This document shows, piece by piece, positions 9,878 through 19,472 of a stretch of 64,000 nt of DNA. The stretch spans positions 1 through 64,000 of the forward strand of contig JAZLBQ010000024.1 in NCBI GenBank assembly GCA_045613785.1, in the 5' to 3' direction. The stretch comes from Candidatus Enterousia sp. (GTDB lineage Bacteria; Pseudomonadota; Alphaproteobacteria; Rs-D84). Position 1 is the first letter of the stretch; every line of letters begins with the position of its first letter. A program made the translations under genes and the position numbers. Under the pieces are notes generated by a model, which worked only from the letters and a program-made list of their open reading frames with translations, did no database searches and was not told where the DNA came from.

Positions 9878-10726
9878 TTATTTGTTTGATAATGGGTGAT
9901 GGTTTATTGTTTCTTGCAATTTTTCAGGATTTACGTGTGTGTAAATCTGGGTGGTGGAAATGTCTTCGTGACCCAACATTGTTTGAATTGCACGAAGGTT
10001 TGCACCGCCAGCCAATAGGTGGGACGCAAACGAATGACGCAAAACGTGCGGACTGACCCGGTCGGGGTCAATGCCAGAAAGTAATGCACATTTTTTTAAT
10101 ATCTTGAAAAAGCCGTCACGGGTTATATGACCAGATTTGCCCCCAGATGGAAATACGTATTTGGATTCATTGTCGCCACGCATTTTTAGCCATTTGTTTA
10201 GGGCATATATTGCTGTGTCGTGCATCGGAACTAGGCGTTCTTTGGCACCTTTGCCGTGGATTAGTAATTTGTCGCCAAGTATTCCAGTCATTGGTAATTC
10301 GCATAATTCAGATACACGAAGCCCAGATGCGTAAAGCAGTTCAATCATTGCACGAAGGCGGGTCGAATTCTTTATGTCGCCAGCACTGGATATCAATAAT
10401 TCTATTTCGGAAACAGATAAAAATTTTGGCAGTGTCCGATTGCGTTTGGGTAATTCCAGGTTTGATGCCGGGTTGGTGGTGATTATCTTTTCTAGCATCA
10501 AGAACTTATAAAATCCACGCAGGGCAGATGCCTTGCGGGCAATTGATGATGGCTTGTCCGGCAGGCTAGATAGATAATTTTGTATCGCAGCAGAATCTGC
10601 AGATAACAGACCTTGTTCAATTGTGTTGTCAGCCAGACGTAGGTCTGATTCATAACTGGCCAAGGTTTTTTCACTGCGGCCTTTTTCAGCAGAAAGGGCT
10701 TCTAAGAATATATCAATGTAATTCAT
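9878..10726 (-). CDS. xerD: Site-specific tyrosine recombinase XerD
   Basis: LYASGLRVSE, GKGAKERLVP, SPHVLRHSFASHLL..GANLR.IQ.MLGH.DISTTQIYTH. Confidence 0.9.
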   Translation of the reverse strand: MNYIDIFLEALSAEKGRSEKTLASYESDLRLADNTIEQGLLSADSAAIQNYLSSLPDKPSSIARKASALRGFYKFLMLEKIITTNPASNLELPKRNRTLPKFLSVSEIELLISSAGDIKNSTRLRAMIELLYASGLRVSELCELPMTGILGDKLLIHGKGAKERLVPMHDTAIYALNKWLKMRGDNESKYVFPSGGKSGHITRDGFFKILKKCALLSGIDPDRVSPHVLRHSFASHLLAGGANLRAIQTMLGHEDISTTQIYTHVNPEKLQETINHHPLSNK

Positions 10727-10860
10727 TAGGGGTAAACCACAATTTCTGTTAAATGCTGGGGGGTGGAAAATGATATTATCATCAGAATTAAAACAGCAAT
10801 CACGCCCAGCAGTAATAAAATTTTTGCAAATGAATGTTTTTTCTTTTTCTTTAATGGCAT
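10726..10860 (-). CDS. Small single-TM protein, 44 aa (not in ORF track)
   Basis: MPLKKKKKHSFAKILLLLGVIAVLILMIISFSTPQHLTEIVVYP; SD 'aggga' upstream; stop overlaps the xerD start (TAATG). Confidence 0.7.
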   Translation of the reverse strand: MPLKKKKKHSFAKILLLLGVIAVLILMIISFSTPQHLTEIVVYP

Positions 10861-10881
10861 CGATAGTCCCTATTGTTGGGG

Positions 10882-11940
10882 TTAGATTGTATCAAAACTG
10901 GTTATAAATATCCCGGCACCTGCAATTATTATCAGTGGCGGTGCAATGATTGATAATATCGGTGGTAGTGTTCCAGTTGCACCCAGGGCATTGAACATAT
11001 TTATCAGGAAATACACCGCAAAGCAGGTAATTATACCAAGACTAAATTTTATGCCAAAACTGTAATTGCGGCGTTGCTTGGTCTGGGAAAATGCAATCCC
11101 AAGGGTTGCCATCGCAATCATTGTCAGTGGTAAAAATAGCAATGTCCACAGTTGAACACGATGTCCACGAACTGGAACACCAATCGATTCCATGTGGCGG
11201 ATAAATTTTGGTAATTGCCAGAACGATATTTGATCGGGTTGTAAATAACGATCCAGAACGGTCTGAGGCGTTAAAAGTGTTGTTGTTGACCAGTCTGATT
11301 TGCGAATGTTGCCGTTTGAATCCCAGATTGTTGCGTTATGGGCAGATAAACCGTCGTCAGACAGGGTGATTGTGTCAGCCTGAACCCGGTTCTGTAATTT
11401 AAATTCAGGGGTTTGTGTGTAAACAGTTGCGTTTTCAAAAATTAGAACATTGCCAACCTTGTGCATGGTTTCGGCGTTCATCGTGGTAAAACCATTGGTT
11501 GATTCTTCACGTAGCCAGATGGTGTTGTCAATCAATCGCAGGTTGTCTGATGTTATGTTGTTTGTGCTGATGTGGACAGAGTATGGATTTATGACCATAG
11601 TCGCAAAAACACCAATTAAAAATGCACCAACTAAAAATGGCTTGGTCGATTGATAGGGGGATAGACCAGCACTGGATACAATAATGCTTTCACTGGATTT
11701 TGTAAGGTTGTATGATGTCAGCAATGTTCCCATAAATACCGCCATCGGTAAAAACATTGGAACATATTCCAAAAGGCGAACCCACGATTCATAAAGTGCA
11801 GCAAAAGCGTTCGGGTTCGAAGGCAGTCGTTCAACAAATGTCACTGCCAAAATAATGCCGCATACAATCAGCATAACAAGACCAATGCCAGAAAAAAATC
11901 TGTGCAACAAAAAACGGGTTAAGATATTTTGCCTAAACAT
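10882..11940 (-). CDS. lptG: LPS export ABC permease, LptF/LptG family
   Basis: Multi-TM; 'LTKSSESIIVSSAGLSPYQ', 'IWLRE', 'PDQISFWQLPKFI'. Confidence 0.85.
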   Translation of the reverse strand: MFRQNILTRFLLHRFFSGIGLVMLIVCGIILAVTFVERLPSNPNAFAALYESWVRLLEYVPMFLPMAVFMGTLLTSYNLTKSSESIIVSSAGLSPYQSTKPFLVGAFLIGVFATMVINPYSVHISTNNITSDNLRLIDNTIWLREESTNGFTTMNAETMHKVGNVLIFENATVYTQTPEFKLQNRVQADTITLSDDGLSAHNATIWDSNGNIRKSDWSTTTLLTPQTVLDRYLQPDQISFWQLPKFIRHMESIGVPVRGHRVQLWTLLFLPLTMIAMATLGIAFSQTKQRRNYSFGIKFSLGIITCFAVYFLINMFNALGATGTLPPILSIIAPPLIIIAGAGIFITSFDTI

Positions 11941-11971
11941 ATTATGTATAGTATAACCTGAAATTTCATAA

Positions 11972-11999
11972 TTGCAAAATTAAAATGTTTGCGTATAAT
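11972..11999 (+). promoter_or_regulatory. Putative sigma70 promoter for greA-mutL
   Basis: TTGCAA-16 nt-TATAAT. Confidence 0.55.
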
Positions 12000-12028
12000 T
12001 TGCGAAAATAAAATCAAGGAAGACTGTT

Positions 12029-12514
12029 ATGGAAAAAAAACCAATTTCACGCACAGGTTTTGATAACTTGTTGAAAGAACTGAAAGATTTGCAGGAAAAT
12101 CAAAGGCCAGAAATTTTAAAGACAGTGCAGTGGGCCAGATCGTTGGGGGATTTGTCAGAAAATGCAGATTATAGTGCTGCACGTGAAAAACAACGCCAGA
12201 TTGATGCTCGTATTCATTTTATCGAAGGCGTTATTGAAAATGCTGCCGTGATTGATGTTGATTCGTTGACGGGGAACAAGGTTGTCTTTGGGGCACGTGT
12301 GGTTGCAGAAGACGAAGACGGAAATAAAATGCAATGTAGAATCTTGTCAGATATTGAATCTGATGGGCGAACCGTCATTTCGTGCACTTCACCTGTTGGG
12401 CGGGCAATGATTGGTCGATGTGTTGGGGATACGTGTATCGTTCGTCTGCCAGGCGGTGAAAAAGAATATGAAATCTTGTCCGTTTCATTCAAAGACGAAG
12501 AAAAATCAGAATAA
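12029..12514 (+). CDS. greA: Transcription elongation factor GreA
   Basis: GDLSENADYSAARE, ISCTSPVGRAMIG. Confidence 0.95.
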   Translation: MEKKPISRTGFDNLLKELKDLQENQRPEILKTVQWARSLGDLSENADYSAAREKQRQIDARIHFIEGVIENAAVIDVDSLTGNKVVFGARVVAEDEDGNKMQCRILSDIESDGRTVISCTSPVGRAMIGRCVGDTCIVRLPGGEKEYEILSVSFKDEEKSE

Positions 12515-12529
12515 AAATAGGATTTCAAT

Positions 12530-14311
12530 ATGGCTGTTCGTGTGCTGCCAGACTTTTTAATCAATCAAATTGCTGCTGGTGAAGTGGTGGAACGTCCTGC
12601 CAGTGTGGTCAAGGAATTGGTTGAAAATGCACTGGACGCAGGGTCAGACCAGATTATGATTGATGTCGTCGATGGTGGACGGACACTGATTAGCATCATT
12701 GACAACGGTTGTGGTATGGGCTGTGATGATTTAAAGCGTGCAATTACACGGCATGCAACATCAAAGTTGCCAGATGATGATTTGTTGAATATCAATTTTA
12801 TGGGATTTCGTGGGGAAGCATTGCCATCAATTGCGTCTGTGTCAGATATGACAATTGATACTTGTAATGGTATTGATGATAATGGCTGGCAGATTGATGC
12901 GTCAACTGGTGTTGTAAAGCCGTCTGATTGGGAAAGCGGAACACGTATTCGAGTTCAGAATTTGTTCGCAAAAACACCCGCAAGATTAAAGTTCTTGCGT
13001 GGCGACAGGGCAGAAATGATGTCTGTGTTAGAGGTGGTAAAACGCCTGGCGATGGCACGGTCTGATGTCGGATTTGTATTGAATAGCAAGTGGTTTTTTC
13101 CAAAGAACGAAGACCTAATCGAGCGTATTGCGTCGGTTATGGGCGATGATGTTCGTGGGCGTATGTTAGAGGTGGACGCAGAATCAAAGTCTTCTGTTGG
13201 TATGAGACTTACGGGATTTATTTCAGAACCAACATTGCGACGTGCGTCAAGTATTGACCAATATTTGTTTGTAAATGGTCGGCCAGTTAAGGATAAAGTT
13301 TTGGTCGGTGCTTTGCGGGCGGCATATATGGATGTGATGCATGCACGTGAATTTCCTCTGTGTGCATTGTATCTGACGGTGCCAACAAATGCGGTTGATG
13401 TAAATGTGTCGCCTGCCAAGACAGAAGTGCATTTTTTAGAACCTACGCATGTTCGTTCGTTTATTATCAAGACTTTGCGGGACAGATTGGCCAAGACAAT
13501 GGTTGGGGCTGATAGGGCAGAGGTTGCAGATGTGCCAAAAATGCCACAAACTCAATCGCAACAGATGTTCGAAAGTTCTTTTGTTCCACGTCAAGTGCCT
13601 GTGAAATTTGATTTTGGTATTAGAAAAGAGTCTTTTCAAGTCAATGACGATTTGTTGCGTAATGTTATTGCAGCAAACAAGATTGAACAGCCAGAAGAGT
13701 CTGTGGCTAGGGTAGAAGCAAAAATTGATAATACGGTCGTTATTGATTTGCCGTTGGGACGCGTGGTCGGGCAGGTCGGAAATAAATATATAATTGCACA
13801 AAAAGATGACAATATGGTCGTGGTTGACCAGCACGCAGCACACGAGCGGATTACGTATGAAAAGTTGCGGACTCATAAAATCAAGACTCAGCCGTTGTTG
13901 ACCCCAATAGTGGTAAATATGCGTGAAGAGGATGTTGTCGCTGTTCTGGGGATTGTGGAAGAATTGAAATTGTCAGGGTTGGTGGTCGATGCATTTGGCG
14001 ATAACGCTATTGCAATATTTGAAAAGCCTGCCGATTGGGATATGAATTGGGCAGATGTCTTGCGAAGCGTTGCCGAAGAAGTTCGAGAAAATGGACATTC
14101 TTCCCAATTAAACGAAAAGTTGCATTTGAAATTAGCAAATTATGCCTGTCATCATTCTGTTCGGGCAGGGCAAAAGCTGGATATGATTCAGATGGACGCA
14201 TTGTTGCGTGATATAGAACAGACAGAACGGGCAGGACAATGTAATCATGGGCGACCCGTTTATAAATTTATTCCGATGGCGGAAATTGATACTTGGTTTG
14301 AACGCCTGTAA
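12530..14311 (+). CDS. mutL: DNA mismatch repair protein MutL
   Basis: IAAGEVVERPASVVKELVENALDAG, GFRGEAL, DQHAAHER endonuclease motif, CNHGRP. Confidence 0.98.
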   Translation: MAVRVLPDFLINQIAAGEVVERPASVVKELVENALDAGSDQIMIDVVDGGRTLISIIDNGCGMGCDDLKRAITRHATSKLPDDDLLNINFMGFRGEALPSIASVSDMTIDTCNGIDDNGWQIDASTGVVKPSDWESGTRIRVQNLFAKTPARLKFLRGDRAEMMSVLEVVKRLAMARSDVGFVLNSKWFFPKNEDLIERIASVMGDDVRGRMLEVDAESKSSVGMRLTGFISEPTLRRASSIDQYLFVNGRPVKDKVLVGALRAAYMDVMHAREFPLCALYLTVPTNAVDVNVSPAKTEVHFLEPTHVRSFIIKTLRDRLAKTMVGADRAEVADVPKMPQTQSQQMFESSFVPRQVPVKFDFGIRKESFQVNDDLLRNVIAANKIEQPEESVARVEAKIDNTVVIDLPLGRVVGQVGNKYIIAQKDDNMVVVDQHAAHERITYEKLRTHKIKTQPLLTPIVVNMREEDVVAVLGIVEELKLSGLVVDAFGDNAIAIFEKPADWDMNWADVLRSVAEEVRENGHSSQLNEKLHLKLANYACHHSVRAGQKLDMIQMDALLRDIEQTERAGQCNHGRPVYKFIPMAEIDTWFERL

Positions 14312-14383
14312 TTTGTTGTATTTTTTCTTTACTTTAATGGGTTTATTTACTATTGTGCAGGTATTAAAGTAAGGAGAAACATT

Positions 14384-14698
14384 ATGGAACAGACTGTTGA
14401 AGTTGTCGAAAATGTCGCACAATCCGCACCAGAAGTAGCACAGCAAGGAGGTTTTATGGGAATGCTGCTGTATTGTGTCGTGGTGTTTGGAATTATTTAC
14501 TTGTTTATGGTGCGGCCAAATAAGAAACGTATGGCTGAATATCAAAAAATGCTGGATTCTTTGCAGGTTGGCAATAGGGTCTTGGCAGCTGGTATTTATG
14601 GAACTATTACAAAGGTAAATAGCAATACCATAGAGGTGGAAATCGCTAAGGGTGTTGTTGTAGAAGTGGCAAAAAATGCCGTGGCATCAGTAGAATAA
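14384..14698 (+). CDS. yajC: Preprotein translocase subunit YajC
   Basis: TM followed by 'YLFMVRP', 'LQVGNRV..AGIYG'; upstream of secD. Confidence 0.92.
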   Translation: MEQTVEVVENVAQSAPEVAQQGGFMGMLLYCVVVFGIIYLFMVRPNKKRMAEYQKMLDSLQVGNRVLAAGIYGTITKVNSNTIEVEIAKGVVVEVAKNAVASVE

Positions 14699-14716
14699 AC
14701 AGAAAGGGTAATAATT

Positions 14717-16279
14717 ATGTTCAAGAAGTTGGCGATTATTTTTGTTGCTGTATTTTGTGTGTTGTTGGCAGTGCCAACGTTGTCGCCAAAATTGGCTCCG
14801 TTCTTTCCATCTTGGATTGATCCTGTATCGTTGGGGTTGGATTTGAAGGGTGGTGCACAGTTGCTGTTGGAAGTTGATACAACAACAATGATGCAGGAAA
14901 AAATGCAACAGTTGTATGAAGAAACTCGTTCGTCATTGATTGATAGAAATAAAGGGGTTATTCGCTTTTCTAATTTGCGTAATAATGATGGTGTTGTGTC
15001 GCTGGTTGTTCGTGATGAAGATCAGGTTAGTGATGCAAAAGGACGCTTGAAAAGTGCTTTTGGTAATACTGTTGATATCAAGTCTGACGGAAAAACAATC
15101 TCTTTGTCTTATTCTGAAAAACAAAAAGAAGAAATGATTCATGATGCATTGGGACGCAGTATCGAAATCGTTCGTCGCCGTATTGATGCATTGGGAACAA
15201 AAGAACCATCAATTCAAAGTCAGGGTGGAAAATATATCTTGGTTCAGTTGCCAGGTGTTGATAACCCAGAACGTATCAAGGAATTGATTGGACAAACCGC
15301 AAAAATGACTTTCCATTTAGTAAATGAATCCGTATCGCCAGAACAGATTCAGGCAGGACGTGCACCAAATGGAACAGAATTTTTGCCATATATTGATTCA
15401 CCTGGTTCGGTTGTGCCAGTTTATTCAAGGGTAGAAGTTTCAGGTGAGGCTTTGAAGGATTCACAGGCGGATTTTGACCAGAATAATATGCCAGTTGTGA
15501 CCACTGTGTTTGATGCATCTGGGGCACGTAGATTTGCAAAGTTGACAACAGAACATGTAAACGAACGCTTTGCAATTGTCTTGGACGGCAAGGTTTTGTC
15601 TGCACCAACAATTCGTGAACCGATTCCTGGTGGTCGTGGTCAGATTTCTGGTGGATTTTCGCTGCAGGGGGCAAAAGATTTGGCTGTGTTATTGCGGTCG
15701 GGGGCTTTGCCAGCACCGTTGCAGGTTATCGAAGAACGCACCGTTGGTGCAGGATTGGGCGCAGATACAATCGCAGGTGGTAAAATTGGTGCGATTGCAG
15801 GTGTCATCTTTATCTTTATTTTCTTGCTGACGGTTTATCGTGGCTTTGGTGTGATTGCAGCAATATCGCTGATGGTGAACTTGGGTATGATTATTGGTTT
15901 GACTGCATTGTTTGGGGCAACACTGACATTGCCTGGTATCGCAGGTATCGTGTTGACTTTGGGTATGGCGGTTGACGCAAATGTATTGCCTTTTGAACGT
16001 ATTCGTGATGAAATCAGGGCAGGAACACCGCCTTTGCGTGCCGTAAATCTGGGATTTGACCGTGCAATGAAGGCTGTTTTGGACGGAAACTTGACTACGT
16101 TGATTTGTGGATTGGTATTGTTCCAGTTCGGTGCAGGCCCAATCCGTGGATTTGCAGTGACTTTGTCGATTGGTATCTTGACAACGTTGTTTACCTGTGT
16201 TTGCTTGACAAGAGTCTTGGTCGATTGGTATATGAACGGTAAAAACAAGAAAATCGGCTTTGTCGGTGGTAAAAAATAA
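14717..16279 (+). CDS. secD: Protein translocase subunit SecD
   Basis: LGLDLKGG, RRIDALG..EP, LLRSGALPAP, GMAVDANV. Confidence 0.97.
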   Translation: MFKKLAIIFVAVFCVLLAVPTLSPKLAPFFPSWIDPVSLGLDLKGGAQLLLEVDTTTMMQEKMQQLYEETRSSLIDRNKGVIRFSNLRNNDGVVSLVVRDEDQVSDAKGRLKSAFGNTVDIKSDGKTISLSYSEKQKEEMIHDALGRSIEIVRRRIDALGTKEPSIQSQGGKYILVQLPGVDNPERIKELIGQTAKMTFHLVNESVSPEQIQAGRAPNGTEFLPYIDSPGSVVPVYSRVEVSGEALKDSQADFDQNNMPVVTTVFDASGARRFAKLTTEHVNERFAIVLDGKVLSAPTIREPIPGGRGQISGGFSLQGAKDLAVLLRSGALPAPLQVIEERTVGAGLGADTIAGGKIGAIAGVIFIFIFLLTVYRGFGVIAAISLMVNLGMIIGLTALFGATLTLPGIAGIVLTLGMAVDANVLPFERIRDEIRAGTPPLRAVNLGFDRAMKAVLDGNLTTLICGLVLFQFGAGPIRGFAVTLSIGILTTLFTCVCLTRVLVDWYMNGKNKKIGFVGGKK

Positions 16280-16299
16280 GTGTGCAAAGGGGAAGTGTT

Positions 16300-17166
16300 A
16301 TGAAATTGCAGGTTATGAAATTTCGCAAATTGTCATATTGGGTTTCAGGGGCATTGATTTTGTTGTCTGTGTTGTCCTTGTTGGTGCGTGGATTGAATTA
16401 TGGTATTGACTTTTCTGGCGGTATCGCAATGGAAGTCAAACCTGTTGTCCAGGGTTATGGTATTGAACAAATGCGTGATGCGTTGGACGAATTTAATCCA
16501 GAATTGCAAGAAGTTGATGGCAGTTCAATCTTGATTCGCCTGGGGTTGCCAAAAGGGGCAACAGATGCAACACAAAATGAACGTGTTGCCGAAATAAAAA
16601 ATGTCTTGGGCGATAACGTGCAATATACCCAGGTTCAGGTCGTAGGACCAAAAATCGGGGGTGAATTGGTGCGTGGTGGTATCTTGGCGATATTGTTCGC
16701 TTTTGTTATGATGGCTGTTTATGTATGGATTCGATACAAAGGTGGATATGCAGTCGGGGCATTTTGTTCGCTGTTCTTGGACTTTGTCTTGATGTTTGGG
16801 TTCTTTTCAATTACAGGATTGGAATTCAATCAGACTGCAATTGCTGTTATCTTGACAGGTATTGGTTATTCGATAAACGATAAAATCGTAAATTATGACC
16901 GTATTGATGAAAATGTAAAGAGATATCACAAAATGCCAATGGCTGATTTGATTGATTTGTCCGTCAATGAAATGTTGCGTCGAACAATGCTGACTAGCGT
17001 TTCAACGTTGCTGGCAATGATTGGGTTGGCTATATTTGGTGGGCAGGTGTTGCGTGAATTTGCTTATGCAATGGGATTCAGCGTGATTATGGGGACGTTC
17101 ACCAGTATTTATGTTTCTAATATTATGTTGTATCACTTTAATTTGCGTGATTCAGATAATAAATAA
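16300..17166 (+). CDS. secF: Protein translocase subunit SecF
   Basis: GLNYGIDFSGG, VGPKIGGEL, GYSINDKIV.YDRI. Confidence 0.96.
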   Translation: MKLQVMKFRKLSYWVSGALILLSVLSLLVRGLNYGIDFSGGIAMEVKPVVQGYGIEQMRDALDEFNPELQEVDGSSILIRLGLPKGATDATQNERVAEIKNVLGDNVQYTQVQVVGPKIGGELVRGGILAILFAFVMMAVYVWIRYKGGYAVGAFCSLFLDFVLMFGFFSITGLEFNQTAIAVILTGIGYSINDKIVNYDRIDENVKRYHKMPMADLIDLSVNEMLRRTMLTSVSTLLAMIGLAIFGGQVLREFAYAMGFSVIMGTFTSIYVSNIMLYHFNLRDSDNK

Positions 17167-17199
17167 ATCTGTTGTGTGCCGCAATCAGGAGGGGAAAAA

Positions 17200-18705
17200 A
17201 TGAGTCTGAAAAAACTTTTAGGAATTTTTGTTGTTTTCCTGGGGGTGGCACACGCTGCGTTCGCAGAAAGTTTGTTCTTTGAAGATGAACCCGTCCAAGA
17301 CGGTTTACAGGTTTTTGAGGTTTCTAAGACTTTTGCAGAAATTTATGAAAAATTGGATAATGTAAATTGGGCTGGGAAAAATCTGAATGTTGCTATTGAA
17401 AGTTTGGAAAATTTAAACAAATCTGCTCATGTGGCGGCGACAGATGAACGGGTCGTGCTGGTGTGGGATGATTCTATTGTGGCTAATTTCCCACGACCTC
17501 AGCCAAAAGATTGGAACGGGTTTGGAGAAATTACAACTGCATTGATTTTGAAAATGCGGGCTTATGACCCAAGTTTGCGTAGTCTGTCAGAAAGCGAAAT
17601 GTATCAGGCTGTTGTAGATAGTTTAATTCGGGGCGTTGATGAAAATGGACGCTATGTTTTTTCCAAAGCCGCAGAAATTGCGGAAGATGGACGCTTGTTG
17701 ACCAGTGTTGGTATCGAAGGCGTGCGTGATGAACGTGGGAACTTTCGTGTAAATGGAATATATAAAGGTTCGCCAGCAGATAATGCTGGTATCAGGGCAG
17801 GGGATTTAATCGCACAGATAAATGGAAAATTTGTGGCGGATATGTCCGATGCCGAGTTGGCTGCTGTGATGACCGGATTTAATTCTGGGACTTCAAAAAT
17901 AAAATTGCTGACCCCATATGGTGATAGAGATGTTGTTTTGCGTCGTGCAACAATCGTTTTGGCAGATGCTGATATTATTCACAGAACAGACCCAACAGGA
18001 GGTTTGTTGGAAATTGTTGTTCATCGCGTGTCTGATGGGGCGGTGGCAATTATAAATGAGGCCTTGGCACGATATGATGATTTGACTGGTATTGTTTTGG
18101 ATTTACGTGCCGCAACAGGGGACGATGAAAGGGCTGCTGCAAAGTTGGGTGGGCTGTTTGTCGGGGCAAAACCTATTATGCGTATCGTAGAAACGGCTAA
18201 GGACGAGGTAGAGGTTGTGCCAGGTGGTGATGCAATCACAGATGTGCCGGTTGTTGTCTTGATGTCTGACCAAACGCGTGGAACAGCCGAAGCGTTGGTG
18301 GCGGCATTTTATGAATATGGTCGTGGTGTTCTGGTCGGAACGCCGACCGCAGGCAGTGCAAGAATTGCCTCAACAATTGATTTGAGTAATGGTGGGGCGT
18401 TGGAATTACTGAATAAATCAGTTAAAACAGGTAATGGTCGCAAAATTGATGGTCGTGGGGTCTTTCCAATTGTGTGTTTGTCTAATATTCGGACAAATCA
18501 GCAGCAAAATGCCTTTTTCTTGAACGTTATAAACAATGAATTTAATGCAAAAGACTTTAACAAGGCAGTCGAAGTTAGCCCAGAAGATATTCGCAGTGGT
18601 TGTCCTGTCATAACCAGTGGGGCAGATGAAGATGCAGTCGCAACGGCAGTTTCTGTAAAAATTCTAACCGATAAAAAGGTTTATAACAGATTGATTGCAG
18701 AATAA
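17200..18705 (+). CDS. S41/CtpA-like PDZ protein, probably catalytically inactive
   Basis: Signal peptide, PDZ 'GSPADNAGIRAGD', 'GIVLDLR', 'IDGRGV.P'; catalytic Ser and Lys positions substituted. Confidence 0.8.
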   Translation: MSLKKLLGIFVVFLGVAHAAFAESLFFEDEPVQDGLQVFEVSKTFAEIYEKLDNVNWAGKNLNVAIESLENLNKSAHVAATDERVVLVWDDSIVANFPRPQPKDWNGFGEITTALILKMRAYDPSLRSLSESEMYQAVVDSLIRGVDENGRYVFSKAAEIAEDGRLLTSVGIEGVRDERGNFRVNGIYKGSPADNAGIRAGDLIAQINGKFVADMSDAELAAVMTGFNSGTSKIKLLTPYGDRDVVLRRATIVLADADIIHRTDPTGGLLEIVVHRVSDGAVAIINEALARYDDLTGIVLDLRAATGDDERAAAKLGGLFVGAKPIMRIVETAKDEVEVVPGGDAITDVPVVVLMSDQTRGTAEALVAAFYEYGRGVLVGTPTAGSARIASTIDLSNGGALELLNKSVKTGNGRKIDGRGVFPIVCLSNIRTNQQQNAFFLNVINNEFNAKDFNKAVEVSPEDIRSGCPVITSGADEDAVATAVSVKILTDKKVYNRLIAE

Positions 18706-18727
18706 CGTAAAAACAGGGGTGTGGATT

Positions 18728-19408
18728 ATGTTTTTGACAAAAGATAATAAAATCAAATGGCGTAAAATGGCCTGGGCAGCAGTTATAACTGCGGTTCTGG
18801 TTGGGCTGGGGATTGTGTGGTTTGACAAGCCTTTGTTCCTGGAATTGAGAACTTTGGATTGCCGTTTGTGGCGGTGGTTCGATGAAATTTTTTCTGCAAA
18901 AGTATGGATTTTTTCTTCTTTTGTTGCAGCAACGATTTTTTGTATCAAAAAGTGTGTAAAAACAAATTGTAATTTCTTGAAATGCACAAATAAGTCTAGT
19001 TTGCGTGCATTTTGGTCTGAATTTTTCGTAAATACAAAAACTAATAATGCGTTTTTGATATTTTACAGCGTTTTAAGCACTGGGCTGCTGGTCAAGGTGT
19101 TAAAGACCCTTATCGGGCGTGCCAGACCAATATTTTTTGAGGCCTTGGGTATGACTGGATTTTTCCCACCGTCTTTTGATTGGGCTTTTAATTCAATGCC
19201 TTCGGGGCATACAGCAGTAAGTTTTGCTGGCTTGGTTATGATTGGTATGTTAGCACCACGGTATAAAGCTTTGACCTGGACGTTGGCAATTGTAATCGGG
19301 GTTTCTCGTGTTGCATTTGGGGCTCATTGGCCAAGTGATGTTATTTTAGCGGCCTTTATCGGTATGGCGGTGGCGGATATCGTAAAGGGGACTTTGTTGA
19401 AAAAATAA
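18728..19408 (+). CDS. PAP2-family membrane phosphatase (LpxE-like)
   Basis: K..IGRARP, SMPSGH, SRV..GAHWPSD. Confidence 0.9.
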   Translation: MFLTKDNKIKWRKMAWAAVITAVLVGLGIVWFDKPLFLELRTLDCRLWRWFDEIFSAKVWIFSSFVAATIFCIKKCVKTNCNFLKCTNKSSLRAFWSEFFVNTKTNNAFLIFYSVLSTGLLVKVLKTLIGRARPIFFEALGMTGFFPPSFDWAFNSMPSGHTAVSFAGLVMIGMLAPRYKALTWTLAIVIGVSRVAFGAHWPSDVILAAFIGMAVADIVKGTLLKK

Positions 19409-19472
19409 ATTGTCAGGCGGTAAAAAATATCGCCTGATTTACTGTTGTTTTTATGATAAACTAGGTTTTGTT

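Noticed and set aside
9878-10726. Tyrosine recombinase as a prophage or integron integrase
   Set aside because: Motifs and length match chromosomal XerD, there is no IntI-specific insertion, and the neighbours are housekeeping genes.
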